A stretch of DNA of 64,000 bases from Eledone cirrhosa (Eukaryota): NCBI GenBank assembly GCA_964016885.1, contig OZ024750.1, forward strand, positions 2,418,001 to 2,482,000, given 5' to 3'. The position numbers and the translations under genes are program-made. Shown here piece by piece: positions 42,424 to 55,772 of this stretch (its first letter is position 1; each line of letters starts with the position of its first letter). The notes under the pieces were generated by a model. It saw only the letters and a list, made by a program, of their open reading frames with translations. It had not been told where the DNA came from and made no database searches.

Positions 42424-42630
42424 TATACACACAAACACACATATATATATACACACACATATACATACACACAAACACATAGATATACATACACACAAAC
42501 ACACATATATATACATACACACAAACACATATATATACATACACACAAACACACATATATATATAGACACACAAACACACATATATATACATACACACAA
42601 ACACACATATATATACATACACACACACAA
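42424..42630. repeat. Compound CA/TA minisatellite
   Basis: Repeats of catacacacaaacacacatatatata. Confidence 0.9.
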
Positions 42631-42763
42631 GATGCCAATGACAAGAAAATAATAATAATTTTAGGACTATATTATAATATGTATCCTATAACATCCGAGC
42701 TGACTGTAGTCTGATATCTGACCTAAACAATTGCAAGAGTCAGTTCATAAACTTCCTTTTGTT

Positions 42764-43636
42764 CACTCCCTACAGTCTACTGTCTCCCTACAGTCTATAC
42801 ACTCCCTACAATCTATACACTCCCTACAATCTACAGTCTCCCTACAGTCTATACACTCCCTACAGTCTATACACTCCCTACAATCTACAGTCTCCCTACA
42901 GTCTATACACTCCCTACAATCTACAGTCTCCCTACAGTCTATACACTCCCTACAGTCTACAGTCTCCCTACAATCTACTGTCTCCCTACAGTCTATACAC
43001 TCCCTACAATCTACAGTCTCCCTACAGTCTATACACTCCCTACAGTCTATACACTCCCTACAATCTACAGTCTCCCTACAGTCTATACACTCCCTACAAT
43101 CTATACACTCCCTACAATCTACAGTCTCCCTACAGTCTATACACTCCCTACAGTCTATACACTCCCTACAATCTACAGTCTCCCTACAGTCTATACACTC
43201 CCTACAATCTACAGTCTCCCTACAGTCTATACACTCCCTACAGTCTATACACTCCCTACAGTCTATACACTCCCTACAGTCTATACACTCCCTGCAGTCT
43301 ATACACTCCCTACAGTCTATACACTCCCTACAATCTACAGTCTCCCTACAGTCTATACACTCCCTACAGTCTATACACTCCCTACAGTCTATACACTCCC
43401 TACAATCTACAGTCTCCCTACAGTCTATACACTCCCTACAGTCTATACACTCCCTACAGTCTATACACTCCCTACAGTCTATACACTCCCTACAATCTAC
43501 AGTCTCCCTACAGTCTATACACTCCCTACAGTCTATACACTCCCTACAGTCTATACACTCCCTACAATCTACAGTCTCCCTACAGTCTATACACTCCCTA
43601 CAGTCTACTGTCTCCCTACAGTCTATACACTCCCTA
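42764..43636. repeat. 18-bp minisatellite, about 48 copies, two interspersed unit types
   Basis: Units tacagtctatacactccc and tacaatctacagtctccc. Confidence 0.97.
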
Positions 43637-44059
43637 AAATCATAAGCCACCTGTAAATATCTGTTTTAACAAGTCAAGAACGTTACATAACTCTTTATTC
43701 AAAAGAGGAGACATATTGATGTTACATATTTCCTAGTGTCAAAGACACTTCAACATTGAGGACACAAGTTACTAAATTTTGGAAAAAATAGTTCAACATA
43801 AAATGACTAACCTAACTTTCAGCCTCCAAGACTTAAAGTAAATTTTCCAAGTTTATTTGAGAAATAAAAACAATATTTTCTAAACTGAGAAATATGCTAG
43901 GTAAAAAGAAGAGACACAAACAGATGTAGTAGGAAATTATTGTCTTGAAGTACTATTGCCAAGAAAATGTAAATATGTATAGAATTTAGAAAGACATAAG
44001 AGAAATAATCACTAAATTTGCTATAGATATATATATGTATGTGTGTCTGCATCAGTGTA

Positions 44060-44097
<38 letters not shown>

Positions 44098-44237
44098 CAC
44101 ATAAAGTGTCTATAAAAGAACAATAACTATATTTTCACAGAAAACACAATCAAAACATTATGCCAGATTAATTATTTCCAACTTGAAAGAAGTTTAGTAA
44201 TTCTATATGACAAGTATATTTTATAATACTCACTAAC

Positions 44238-44798
44238 CTTCGTGGCATTTGATGATGAATTAACAGCATAACAGAAACTAGTGTTTCGTAAAGATGTTTT
44301 GTAAATTCCATTATCTGAAAGATTATTCAACCAGCTGACTTCATAAGAATTATTATAATTCTTATCTGTTCCACCAACAGCTTGTGTAAAACTTGCATTA
44401 CGATTTGGCCTGAATGGAAAGATCTGTTCAGTATTATTTTGAAAATATTTTTTAGCTATAGTGTCTTCAATGTATAATTTTTTAGCACCGCCAACTGTTG
44501 ACGGTCGTAGATATGTTCTATTAATGCGTGAATTTTGATGTATGTTACCATTGTAATTTTGTGGGTGATTTGGTTGTAAGCTATGATCAGTATGATCAGA
44601 TTTTGAAAACAGCTGATCCCAATCAAATGATGAATCTTTCTCATTGTTTAAGAAGGCATTTTTAATAATATCTCCACAGCCAATCATTACAGCTAAGTTA
44701 AAATTAAGGCTGAAAAAGATAAATTTGAAATCAGCCAGTGTTGTTGACTTCGACATAAGCATGGAGCCCCCATCTGTGACTATGACGTAGAAGCACAT
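44238..44798 (-). CDS. Long non-repetitive ORF/exon of 187 codons from the first ATG; possible long alternative N-terminal exon of Cav-beta or exon of a nested gene
   Basis: The only long non-repeat ORF in the window (open 44172..44888). It has a phase-0 donor AAG|gttagt after ...NSSSNATK, is on the same strand as Cav-beta, and has a possible acceptor tttttcag at 44710. No homology recognised. Confidence 0.45.
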
Positions 44799-45239
44799 GA
44801 CATATTTCAGAATTACCTTGTAGTAGTATTTTAAAGCTGTCCACCCTACAATTCCTCCACCTTGTGTAAGTAGTTCTATCTGTGCCAACTAAAATCAATT
44901 GTTGAACATATAGCTGGTTTAAAAGGATTGATTGAAAGTGCTGTTGGCTGGTTCAATAAATAGCTCTTATATAGCTAACCTAGTACTAGTACCCATTTTC
45001 TTATAAATGTTAATCAACATTGAAAGACATAAAGAACTTTTTAAATACCAAAGTAGAAAATCTTTAAAAGTGAATAACAAGATTGTCTATTATGATAAAA
45101 TGTCCTAGTTATTGTGTCAGCCAAAATGTAAGAAAAACTAAAACACTGATAAACAAATTCAATATTTTAAGTTGTTTTTACTACTTGCAAAAATCCACGG
45201 TTTAATATTTTTTCATTTAAATTTTACTTTGTATTTCAT

Positions 45240-45326
45240 TTAAATAGTATCCATAATTAGTATAAATAATTAAATAGTATCCATAATTAGTATAAATAAT
45301 TAAATAGTATCCATAATTAGTATAAA
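45240..45326. repeat. 30-bp unit, 3 copies
   Basis: taaatagtatccataattagtataaataat. Confidence 0.9.
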
Positions 45327-45816
45327 AAAACATTTTAATATATAAATACAGCAAAATTATTTGAAATGATTACATAAATACAATACTTTACTAAACTTTT
45401 TACCTGCTTTTAATAAGATATAAAATATAAATCTAATAAGGTGATTGACAAAAATACACTTTAATAGTCAACACGTAATACATTAGTTCAGGTCATTTTG
45501 ATAATTGTAAAAAAATTAGAAAATAATATCCAGATGTATTCAGACAGATTAATAAAATTAGATAAAGTCATAGTGGAAATAAGATAGTGAGGCTTCCATT
45601 CCCTAGAGCATTAACACAGCTTGTATAACCAACTGTATACCCTTTTTGTCCATCTGTCACATGAATACTACGATCTGTCAAAAACGTTCTAATATTTTTA
45701 TTTAGAATTCATGGTACACAAATGTAAAACAAAAAAAAAAAAAAAAAATGTACTAAAATGTTTTCATTTATACCAGAATTCTCTGTCAACAGTGTTGTAT
45801 ATCTATCAACCTGCTG

Positions 45817-45926
<110 letters not shown>

Positions 45927-46238
45927 ATAGGTTCAGACATTAACTCTACAACTGATGAAGTAGGTCTAAGTATTACACATGCATTTTGAACTGCTGTGTG
46001 CAGCCTGCAGTCACCAACACGCCAGTGCTTTGAAACCTAAGGTAGCACAACACATGTCACATGTATGAATCATAATAAATTTGCTCTCTTGCACTATTTA
46101 GAGTGCTCCCCCTCCCCACAGACATGTTTGCTACACATACATAAATATATATATATATAAATATATATATGTTAAACTAACATATTTCTTCATTGTACTG
46201 TGCTGTTACTTTGTTATTTCTGTTTACTTTTTACACAC

Positions 46239-46301
<63 letters not shown>

Positions 46302-46613
46302 ATAAGTCATGTTTGGTTTCTTCACCAAACGTTAACAAAGCTATCTCATGGTTTGTTGGAAGGCTACTTTTTGAACTGGTCTGCTTCATACACAATCTAC
46401 CAATATCAAAACAATGTCAACCGATCATCAACCCGGGATTAAACATTGATTTTTATCTGAGTATAATAAGGATTTATAACAGAAAACCTGGTTCTAGTAA
46501 GATAGATATTTTACTATAAAAAATCCTACATTAACTTGAAATACAATCATGTTTAAATCCTGCACTTTTCCTCCTGATACACAAATTTATAAATTTGCAA
46601 GCTGCATTTTTAA

Positions 46614-46832
46614 CCCTTTAATGTTCAAACCGGCCAAGACCGGTCAGATTTCTCTACCTTTTCTGTTGAAACTGGCTGTAACTGGTCACTCAAACTGATG
46701 TTAAGGTATTGTTCTCAAAATAAATACTTTCAAAATCCCATAGATTCGATATTATGTGAGATAATTATGTGAGGTAAAGCATTTACAATGAAAATATAAT
46801 AGTATATATAGAGTAATGTGAATGCTAAAGGG
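46614..46832. mobile_element. piggyBac-like MITE
   Basis: TTAA on both sides with CCC...GGG termini. Confidence 0.88.
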
Positions 46833-47269
46833 TTAAATTGTTTTCCTTCTTCAGAGAAAATGAAATATAGATTTACAAATTGTTATAAAATCAACAAAAT
46901 ACCAATCTGAGGTTTTGGCATCAATACAATGTGATTTTAGAATTGATTCCTTGCCTTGAAGTAGATCAGGTAAGAAAAGAAAAAAACAATATCATGACAA
47001 AGAAGTGAATCAACATCAAATTGATATATTGCATGTTGGTTTACAATACTATGATCAAATCATTATATTAGAATGAATGAATAAATGAAGATAATTGTTT
47101 AGCTGATATAAGCAACTGATATATCCATATTATGATACATATACTGTAACTAGTTTTAGATACCAATAGTTTAATCATAAACCAGTTTAATCATAAACAT
47201 ATCATACTCCTTACACACAATACACTACTTAACAGCACCAGAACAGACAGACATTATTACATATATTAA

Positions 47270-47539
47270 CCCATTAACATCTAAACTGGCTGTATCTGGT
47301 CAGAATTCTCTCACCTCTTTCTTTTCAAACTGGCCACTCATACTGAAGTTAAGGTATTGTTCTCAAAATATATAATATCAAAATCTCATAGATTTGATAT
47401 TATGTGAGGTAAAGCATTTACCATGAAAATACAATAGTGTATATATAGTAATGTAAATGCTATGTGAGATATTATGTGAGGTAAAGCATTTACCATGAAA
47501 ATACAATAGTGTATATATAGTAATGTAAATGCTAAAGGG
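47270..47539. mobile_element. piggyBac-like MITE with an internal tandem duplication of about 73 bp
   Basis: TTAA on both sides; the block gatattatgtgaggtaaagcatt...aatgcta is duplicated. Confidence 0.86.
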
Positions 47540-47954
47540 TTAAGGTGCTTACTACCACATAGACAAAATATGAAAGTATATTAACTATTAATCAATAGCC
47601 TTTATCATCTGCTATAGAAGGTTTTAGTGTTTGCACCTGGAAAGTTCCTTTTCAAGGTTCAGGTCTGGGAAATTTATTTAATTGTTATGGAAAACTAGAA
47701 GTAGACAATAAAAGGCTGATACAGCTTGGCACCAGTGTCATTGCAGGTGTTGCTGTCAGAATACAAACAGCCGAAAATGACATCATCTGATGCTCTAACA
47801 ATTCCACAAACCTAGGACTGGGACCTTCTTTTTTTATTAACACTGAATGGATGAAAGACAAAGTTGACCTTGGCAGGATTTGAACTCAGAGCACAGAGAG
47901 TCGGAAAAAATAACAACTCATTCTATCCAATGCTTTAATGACTATCAATTATGT

Positions 47955-48172
47955 TTCGTCCATTTTAAGGTTGATACCAGTCAAGTACTGGGGGGGGGGG
48001 GGGTTGATTCTTCCTCTATATCTCTTTCTCACACTCTTTCTATCCTTCTTTGGAAGAAATCTGCTGTATTCAGACCTGGAGAGAAGATGGCCTCTGTCAG
48101 GTTTAAAAAATGACCTAGAAATGGCATTTATCAATATGATGCCCCTAAGACTCCTTTACGAATTACACGACC
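47955..48172 (+). mobile_element. SINE family D partial copy
   Basis: Family D block; head missing. Confidence 0.7.
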
Positions 48173-48990
48173 AAATATACATTTATATACACAAATGTGT
48201 GTGTGTGTGTGTTATTGACGAATGTTAGAATGCATGGTACTCACTACTGAAGAAGAGTTTAATTATCCATTTATTATGGCTAAGTGGTGAGCCTTGTTAC
48301 TCTGGCGTTTCACCTGTGCCCTCATGCGATTATTTAGAATAACTTTTACAAGTAGATGTTTAATAACATGATACTGGAATAATGCTTAATTAATGTTTTT
48401 GTAAACAGTATTTTTAATACTATGTATATTATTTTTCATTTTCAACTCTTTAACATCCCACATATAATTGAGATTAAAAGAAAAGTGTACCAAATCACAA
48501 GCCTTCTTCTTTGTTCAGAAATTGTCTCTGTGCTTTGTTAATTTACAAGCAAAAAAATGAACCCAAGAGAAAACTTTAATCTCTTAAATTCAAATAGAAT
48601 ATCTCACAGAGTTAAGAAAAATCTTTGTACATTAATCTCAAAATAAATGAAACCTGAGCAAAGTCAGGGGAAATAACTCCTAAAATATTTCTGTAAACTT
48701 AATTTGTAAACTATTTTTAATAATTAAACATTTGTAGTAATTAGATTTAAGATTTACAATACAAAACCAGTGAGTTCATAAATACTGACATATATTCTAA
48801 AATGTGCTAAAATGTGGAAAGTAAAAACATACACAATCACAAACACAATCACAAACACAATCACACAAACTCACAGCTAAATTTAATATGTAATGTCATA
48901 TTGATATATTTTCCAATTTTATTACACCTTTTGGACAATATTAATTTCTTACATAAAAAAAATAGGGGTTATAGGGAAAGGAGAATATAA

Positions 48991-49256
48991 TTATGTGATG
49001 TACATCACCTTGATCACCTTGACCGACCAGTCTGTCGGGTGCCAATCGACGCCGCTGGTCACAGCATGTCGTGCTGTTTTAGCCATAAGATAACGCCATC
49101 CCACTGGCTGGGCGGGCAGGCCGGTACTCATTTCTACAGCTGAGTAAACTGGAGCAATGTGAAATAAAATGTCTTGCTCAAGGAAACAACACATCACCCA
49201 GTCTGAGAATTGAACTCACAACCTTTCGATTTCAAGCCCAATGCTCTAACCACTAA
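48991..49256 (-). mobile_element. tRNA-derived SINE (family B) with a different 3' half
   Basis: The reverse complement matches 20162..20291 and then continues into a distinct GC-richer tail. Confidence 0.8.
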
Positions 49257-49594
49257 TGTGATGTACATACTTTTCTTAAATGAACTGAAATGACTACCAT
49301 CAGAATTCAAAATTTTAGATGCAGTTTTTACTCAGTGGTAGCTAATCCCCCAATAGAGTGATTCTGAATGTAGGGTGGTTGTCTTGCAGGGGTGGGTGGA
49401 GGTAAGGTTTCGAAATTTTATGTTATATCTTTTTAATACAAAACATATTTTTATTTTGAGGTGGGGAGAGGCATTATATATTTTGATGTGCCATGGTGAG
49501 ATATGGGGCCAAAAGAAAGGTAAGAAAACTGCCCTACTCTCAGATAATATTATTTCTATCATGAAAACAAATAGAAAAGAATAGTGATAATTAT

Positions 49595-49670
49595 AATTAT
49601 TGTTATTATTGTTATTATTATTTATAAAGAAATTTCTTTATAAATAATAATAACAATAATAACAATAATT
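49595..49670. repeat. Perfect 76-bp palindrome with no spacer
   Basis: 38 consecutive pairs checked by hand around the centre agaaa|tttct. Confidence 0.92.
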
Positions 49671-50125
49671 TCTTACATCAGTACAAGGTTACAAATTTTA
49701 GAGGAAACAGCATCTTCAAATTGAGTGCTATATATATATAGGAAAAGAGTCAGGACCCCGACGGCTGAGCTCTAGCCGTTTCGACAGCTAGTTCTGAACT
49801 ATATATGTAGATGATGAAAACAGAAATAGTCCCTATAATAAGTACTCTGGGAATGATAACAAATCACACATAGACAGATACTTAACTAAAACCTGAGAAA
49901 ATAGCACTACTAGGCACTGCACACACATTACAAAGACTACTCTCAATGCAATAGAATCAACACCAAAAACAACACTGCACATACCCAAGGCACACAGAGC
50001 TGTGCTCAGTAATGCAGTGACAGAACACAATAGAAATAAAACTAATGATGATGATAATGATGTATTTGATATTATAAAGAAGAACTACTTGTAAAATATC
50101 TTTGTAGATTCTGTTATACATGTGA

Positions 50126-50808
50126 TCTTATATTCTATATATAGTTGGAAGAAATGTAGAGGTAGTATATCTACCTAATATACATATACAGGGTCTTATA
50201 TTCTATATATAGTTGGTACAAATGTAGAGGTAGTATATCTACCTAATATACATATACAGGGTCTTATATTCTATATATAGTTGGTACAAATGTAGGGATA
50301 GTATATCTACCTAATATACATATACAGGGTCTTATATTCTATATATAGTTGGTACAAATGTAGAGGTAGTATATCTACCTAATATACATATACATGGTCT
50401 TATATTCTATATATAGTTGGTACAAATGTAGGGATAGTATATCTACCTAATATACATATACAGGGTCTTATATTCTATATATAGTTGGTACAAATGTAGG
50501 GATAGTATATCTACCTAATATACATATACAGGGTCTTATATTCTATATATAGTTGGTACAAATGTAGAGGTAGTATATCTACCTAATATACATATACAGG
50601 GTCTTATATTCTATATATAGTTGGTACAAATGTAGGGATAGTATATCTACCTAATATACATATACAGGGTCTTATATTCTATATATAGTTGGTACAAATG
50701 TAGAGGTAGTATATCTACCTAATATACATATACATGGTGTTGTATTCTATATATAGTTGGTACAAATGTAGGGCTAGTATATCTACCTAATATACATATA
50801 CAGGGTCT
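50126..50808. repeat. 68-bp minisatellite, about 10 copies
   Basis: Unit gggtcttatattctatatatagttggtacaaatgtagaggtagtatatctacctaatatacatataca. Confidence 0.97.
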
Positions 50809-51133
50809 TGTAACTGTTTGGGAGTGGTAAGAGCTCCATATTGATATACAGTATTTCTGGGGGTAGCTTTAAACCTGGTGAGGACCCAATCCTCTCTAGG
50901 TTTGAATACAGCAGATTTCTTCCAGAGAAGGATGGAGAGAGAGAGAGAGAGAAAAAGGAAGTGAGAAAGAGATATAGAGTAAGAATCAACCCCAGTACAT
51001 GACTGATACTTTTTATCAACCTCGAAAGGATGAAAGGCAAAGTTCACCTCGGTAGGATTTGAATTCAAAGATCAGAGTACCGGAATCAATATTGTAAAGA
51101 ATTCTATCCGATATTCTAAAGACTCTGCCAATT
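50803..51133 (-). mobile_element. Longer SINE (family D): family-A-like tRNA head and core plus a distinct pyrimidine-rich 3' region
   Basis: The shared block ttcctctatatctctttctcact...tccttctctggaagaaatctgctgtattcagacctggagagg also occurs at 26365..26670(-), 30665..30895(+) and 47955..48172(+). Confidence 0.75.
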
Positions 51134-52337
51134 ACCTTATATAATATACACAACAGAAATTATAAGATTCCTGACTTCCCCTAACCATTAATGTCATCAT
51201 CACCATCATCATCATCATCGTTTAATGTCTATCTTCCACGCTAGCATGGGTTAAACGGTGTGAATTATATCTGTGACAATATCTTTACTATCAGTAAACA
51301 TGTTCATCACTTTGACTGTAGAACAAAGATACACAAAAGAATCCTGGTTTTTAGTAAAGTCAAATTGAAAGAATTTAGAAATAAATATAGCAAATTATGG
51401 ACATTCTTTCATTTTTAACAATTATACAAACATATTTACAATGTACATATACATACACATAGACATACACACACACACACGTATACACAGACACACACAT
51501 AGACATTAATACAAACATACAATGGTAAATGCCTGATGCTTTAGAGTATAAGATGATTATGCAGAAATAACCATTGAATAGCTTGTAGAGAGATGTGAAT
51601 CGTCACGTGAATATATACATGTATGTATAAATATTAATGTGAATACACACACATACATATGTGTGTGTATATATCATCATCATTCATCATCATCATCATA
51701 ATATATATGTATATATGTGTGTGTGTGTCTGTACATGTAGATGTTTACTTTATATATATAAAGTAAACATGTATATGTACGGATTAGAACAAAAATCACG
51801 AGCACTCTATCTCAAAATTATTTTTGAAAAGCATAAGAAATGCGCAACCAGTAAAAACTTAAAACTAAAACTGAATACTAACCAATACTTATTACTAATT
51901 TATACTTATTACTAATTTATACTATTTTTCACTGGGAAAAATTTGTCAGCATTTTCTTTTCCTTTTTACTAATATATCACAACTCATGTGTCACACCTCT
52001 ATTTTTTTAAATATATATATGTGTGTGTATTACTTATAGTTCATGAAAATATTCAATTTTTGAGGAAACTGTAACTCAAAGAAAGAACTCAATATATGCA
52101 AAGAGTGGATATTAATTTATTAAGAAATATTGACCTTACATTTGTACAAATGTTTCAGTGCACAATTATTTTTCAAAGGTCAATATTAAACAATATTTAC
52201 ATTACATAGTATCTATATCCTGTCCAACCCATGCCTGAATGGAAAATGGATATAAAAGGATGATGATGGTGTGTGTGTGTGTTGATTCTCAAGTTGTGTT
52301 GGAGAGGGGGGGGGGGGGGTAATCACAGTAAAAAAAA

Positions 52338-52475
52338 AAAGTACTCAATACATTGGTAGAGTATAGGCATCTTTATTATATATATAGAAATAACTTCTGC
52401 GGGTCTAGATGATTTCATATGAATGAAACAGTTCTAGACCTGTAGAAGTCATTTCGATATATATAATAAAGATAT
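52338..52475 (+). mobile_element. Second inverted Penelope-like terminal fragment
   Basis: Near-identical to 31950..32070; retains GAAACAG ttctagac CTGTA GAAG, but the core start is truncated. Confidence 0.55.
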
Positions 52476-52541
52476 ATGTATATATATATATATGGTATAT
52501 ATATGTATGTATATATATTTATACACACACACACACACACA

Positions 52542-52580
<39 letters not shown>

Positions 52581-55414
52581 CCTCTCTCTCACACACACAC
52601 ACACTGAGAGAGAGGCAGACAGACAGGGTAAATTATATATGAATAGCTGAGAATTTTATTTGAATCTTGACAAGAATAAAATCCTTCTCTTCTGCGAATC
52701 TGTTGAAGTCTAACATATTTATTTCTTTAAAATAGTATTTGTTTACGTATGTAAATGTTATGCCACATGTCACCATACACACCCTACATTCACACACACA
52801 TGTATGTATACTGAGCATTATATATATATAATGAAATGAGCCCAGGTGAACAATATAATTGAATTGAATGCCTCTATACTACATGTGATATCTATATACA
52901 TTTCAAAGTAGAACATGTAACAATATATCACAGTATTTACTAATGTAGAAATAAACCAACCATGTGAGTGTCCTACTATTATTTTGGTTCGTCATCTGCA
53001 CTACAACTTGTGACCTTTAAGAAAATCTATATACAGTTCATATAGCAGATAGTTATATCATTTTACAGAAAATCAACCACAAGAAAGATGATATATTGAA
53101 GCAATGGAATTAATTAAATGAATTAGTTTTCTCAAAACATGCTTATTATCTAGAGTAGGCCCTTTTTTTTTTTTTTTTTAATTGGCAAAAAAAAAAAAAA
53201 AACGAAAGAAGTAAAATAGTCACCACAAGAGAGTCAATGTCACTGAGGCCTGACAGAATCTTCCTCATTCGCCCCATTCTCTGTTTCTCTGTGTCATACA
53301 TTATAGTTGGACGTCATTTTACATACAGATCACATGAATATAGCTACAATTGGTTTTCCTTGAAAGCCGAAGGAAATGTTTAAGACACAAGCAAACGCTT
53401 GTGTTAATAATAAACATAAGAAAATATAAATCGCCAAATCTATTTGTGGCATAATAGTGTCATTGTTTTGTTTGTTTTTTTGTGGGTATTTTTTTTTTTT
53501 TTTTTTTTTTTTGGGTTTTCGTTTTTATCTTAATGCAAATTAACTTGGATTATATTCTCTCTATAGGTGAGAGTATAAAACAGGGAAATAAATGAATAGT
53601 GGTAAAACCTAGTCAGGAAGCAAAATAAACGGTGAAGCAGGCTTTCATACTAAGTAATTTATTCCCAGCTATCCCATAATGTAATATTCGACCTCCATCC
53701 CTAATCAGTAGCCTTCTCTGCCTACCACTTTCTCCATCCAACATGGCTCTCGGAAGAGCCAGCTATATCAGTGCTGCATTGAGATGAGGCTTGCTGTTCA
53801 GACAGAAGCTGATGCTACCGTTGCCAAGGCAAAGATAGCAGTAAAACTACAGCCAGTAATGTTTCTGGCAGAGAAATAGTCAATATCATATGACATTGAT
53901 ACAAGAAAGCAGTCAAATGAAAGAGGCAGATATCTTTTTAAAATTTAAAAAGAAAAATGAAAATGAATGGAGAATAAAATTAATCTAAACACCCTGCCTT
54001 GTAAAAATACTGCCATTAAAACAAACTAATACTAATGCCATTAAAATAAACAGCTCTTTGCCAACATTACCACTACAAATCCCGTCATCACTAAAACCAC
54101 AACAACAATACAACTACAAATATTAATGTTGCCAAGCAGCATCAGTCAAATGATGCAAAACCAGCCTAAGCAGTGGAATGAAAAAGGAAGCTGCAAAATG
54201 CAGTGGAATCTGCTGCAGTAATGGTTGTGATGATATCATCAAAGGTTGTACAAGCATTACTCGTGCTTCACATGCATATAAAATATAATATCAAATGAGT
54301 GGGAGATAGGAATTAATTGAGCAGATAAATGACAATAGGAGGTTTGAGAAATTTGTTTTTAATAAAGAATTTTACACATAGGCAAAGGACAATTTTTTTT
54401 TTTAATATATAATTTAGAACTGATCAAATATTTATATATATGAGGTTACAGAAATCTGCTGTCTTCAACAAACCATTTAGTGTGTTTAATAGATATTATC
54501 ACCATCTACATAATCGTAACAGTTGTAAAGACCAGTGATGGTTAGTGTTGTTCAGTCATGACATCAGGTGCGTGATGAGCTGATGAGGATGTAAAACAAA
54601 AATCACACTCATCAACATTGACTTTAATAAGAAGCTATATGGTAGTGGGGATATGAAATTAAGTCTGAAGGTGTCAACCTGCACGGTTGTCAGTGACATA
54701 TAGCTACCTAAACTGAAAATGATTTCACAAGTAGAAAATGTCACCATAAACAACCATTATAAGTGCTGTTATAAGTATAGGTGGATGGGAATAATAGATT
54801 ATCAGAAAGGTAGTGATGGACTAAATGTTTTGTAGTATTTAGTTATGTCCCTTTACATTTCCAGTTCACTTTCTCCTGGGTCAACATTTCCTCTTCATTC
54901 TTCTGGGGTTGATAAAATAAGTAGTAAGTCATATACCAGAATTAATTGAACTGATTCCACCCAGTAAATGATTACTATTCATTCACTTGACTATAAAACT
55001 GCCCCATATTCACCATCTTATGTCTTATGATGAAGTTAGAAAACATTATTGACATAAGTACTGTCATTAAATGCAATCATACAAAGTATATCGGTGATGA
55101 CATGTCAAGCCGGTTGTTAACTTGACATAATGTTTTGCTAGTTCAAGAATTTAAACAACAGAATAGTTTGTTATATATTGTGACATATGATTTTTTAAAC
55201 TTTGGACAATTACTTTTACTAGTTTTTGTGGTTGCAGCATCTGGGCTGCACACACATATGCAGACACACACACAGGCACATACATGTATGTGTACCAATA
55301 ACAATGTGTGTGTCCTCTGCTTAAGTAATATTGGTGCCTTTAAGTATTGAGGGGTTGTCAGACGTGCACCTGAGCACTGTACACAATAATTTCATTATTA
55401 TTATTCATTATTAT

Positions 55415-55502
55415 TCTCCTTACAGGCTCGATAAAATAAAGTACCAGTAATGCACTGGGTAATTGCTGGCCTTGTGCCAAACGAAGAAACAATTATTATT
55501 AT
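55415..55502 (+). mobile_element. 5'-truncated SINE family A copy
   Basis: tccttacaggctcgataaaataaagtaccagtaatgcactggg...gaaacaattattatt. Confidence 0.85.
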
Positions 55503-55555
55503 AGCAATCGATGTAGAAGAGAAATTTCTCCTTGTGCACCGATATTCTGATTATA

Positions 55556-55595
<40 letters not shown>

Positions 55596-55599
<4 letters not shown>

Positions 55600-55772
55600 G
55601 GTGGGCTGGCTGACTATGAAGGAGTGATGCTAAAGCTATGAAATCTTGCATGCATTAATTTCAACTCTTCTTATTAATAACTGCATAATTTCTTTCCAGG
55701 AAAAAATAAACCTCATTTGGTCATCTCATGAAAGTATGTTGGTCAGCCTATCAACTTTTCAGCTGACCCTCA
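55596..55772. mobile_element. Second copy of the Tc1/mariner-type MITE, left TIR partly deleted
   Basis: The internal sequence matches 24075..24247. Confidence 0.8.

Noticed and set aside
54579-54600. CTGATGA hammerhead-like core
   Set aside because: No following GAAA or stems.
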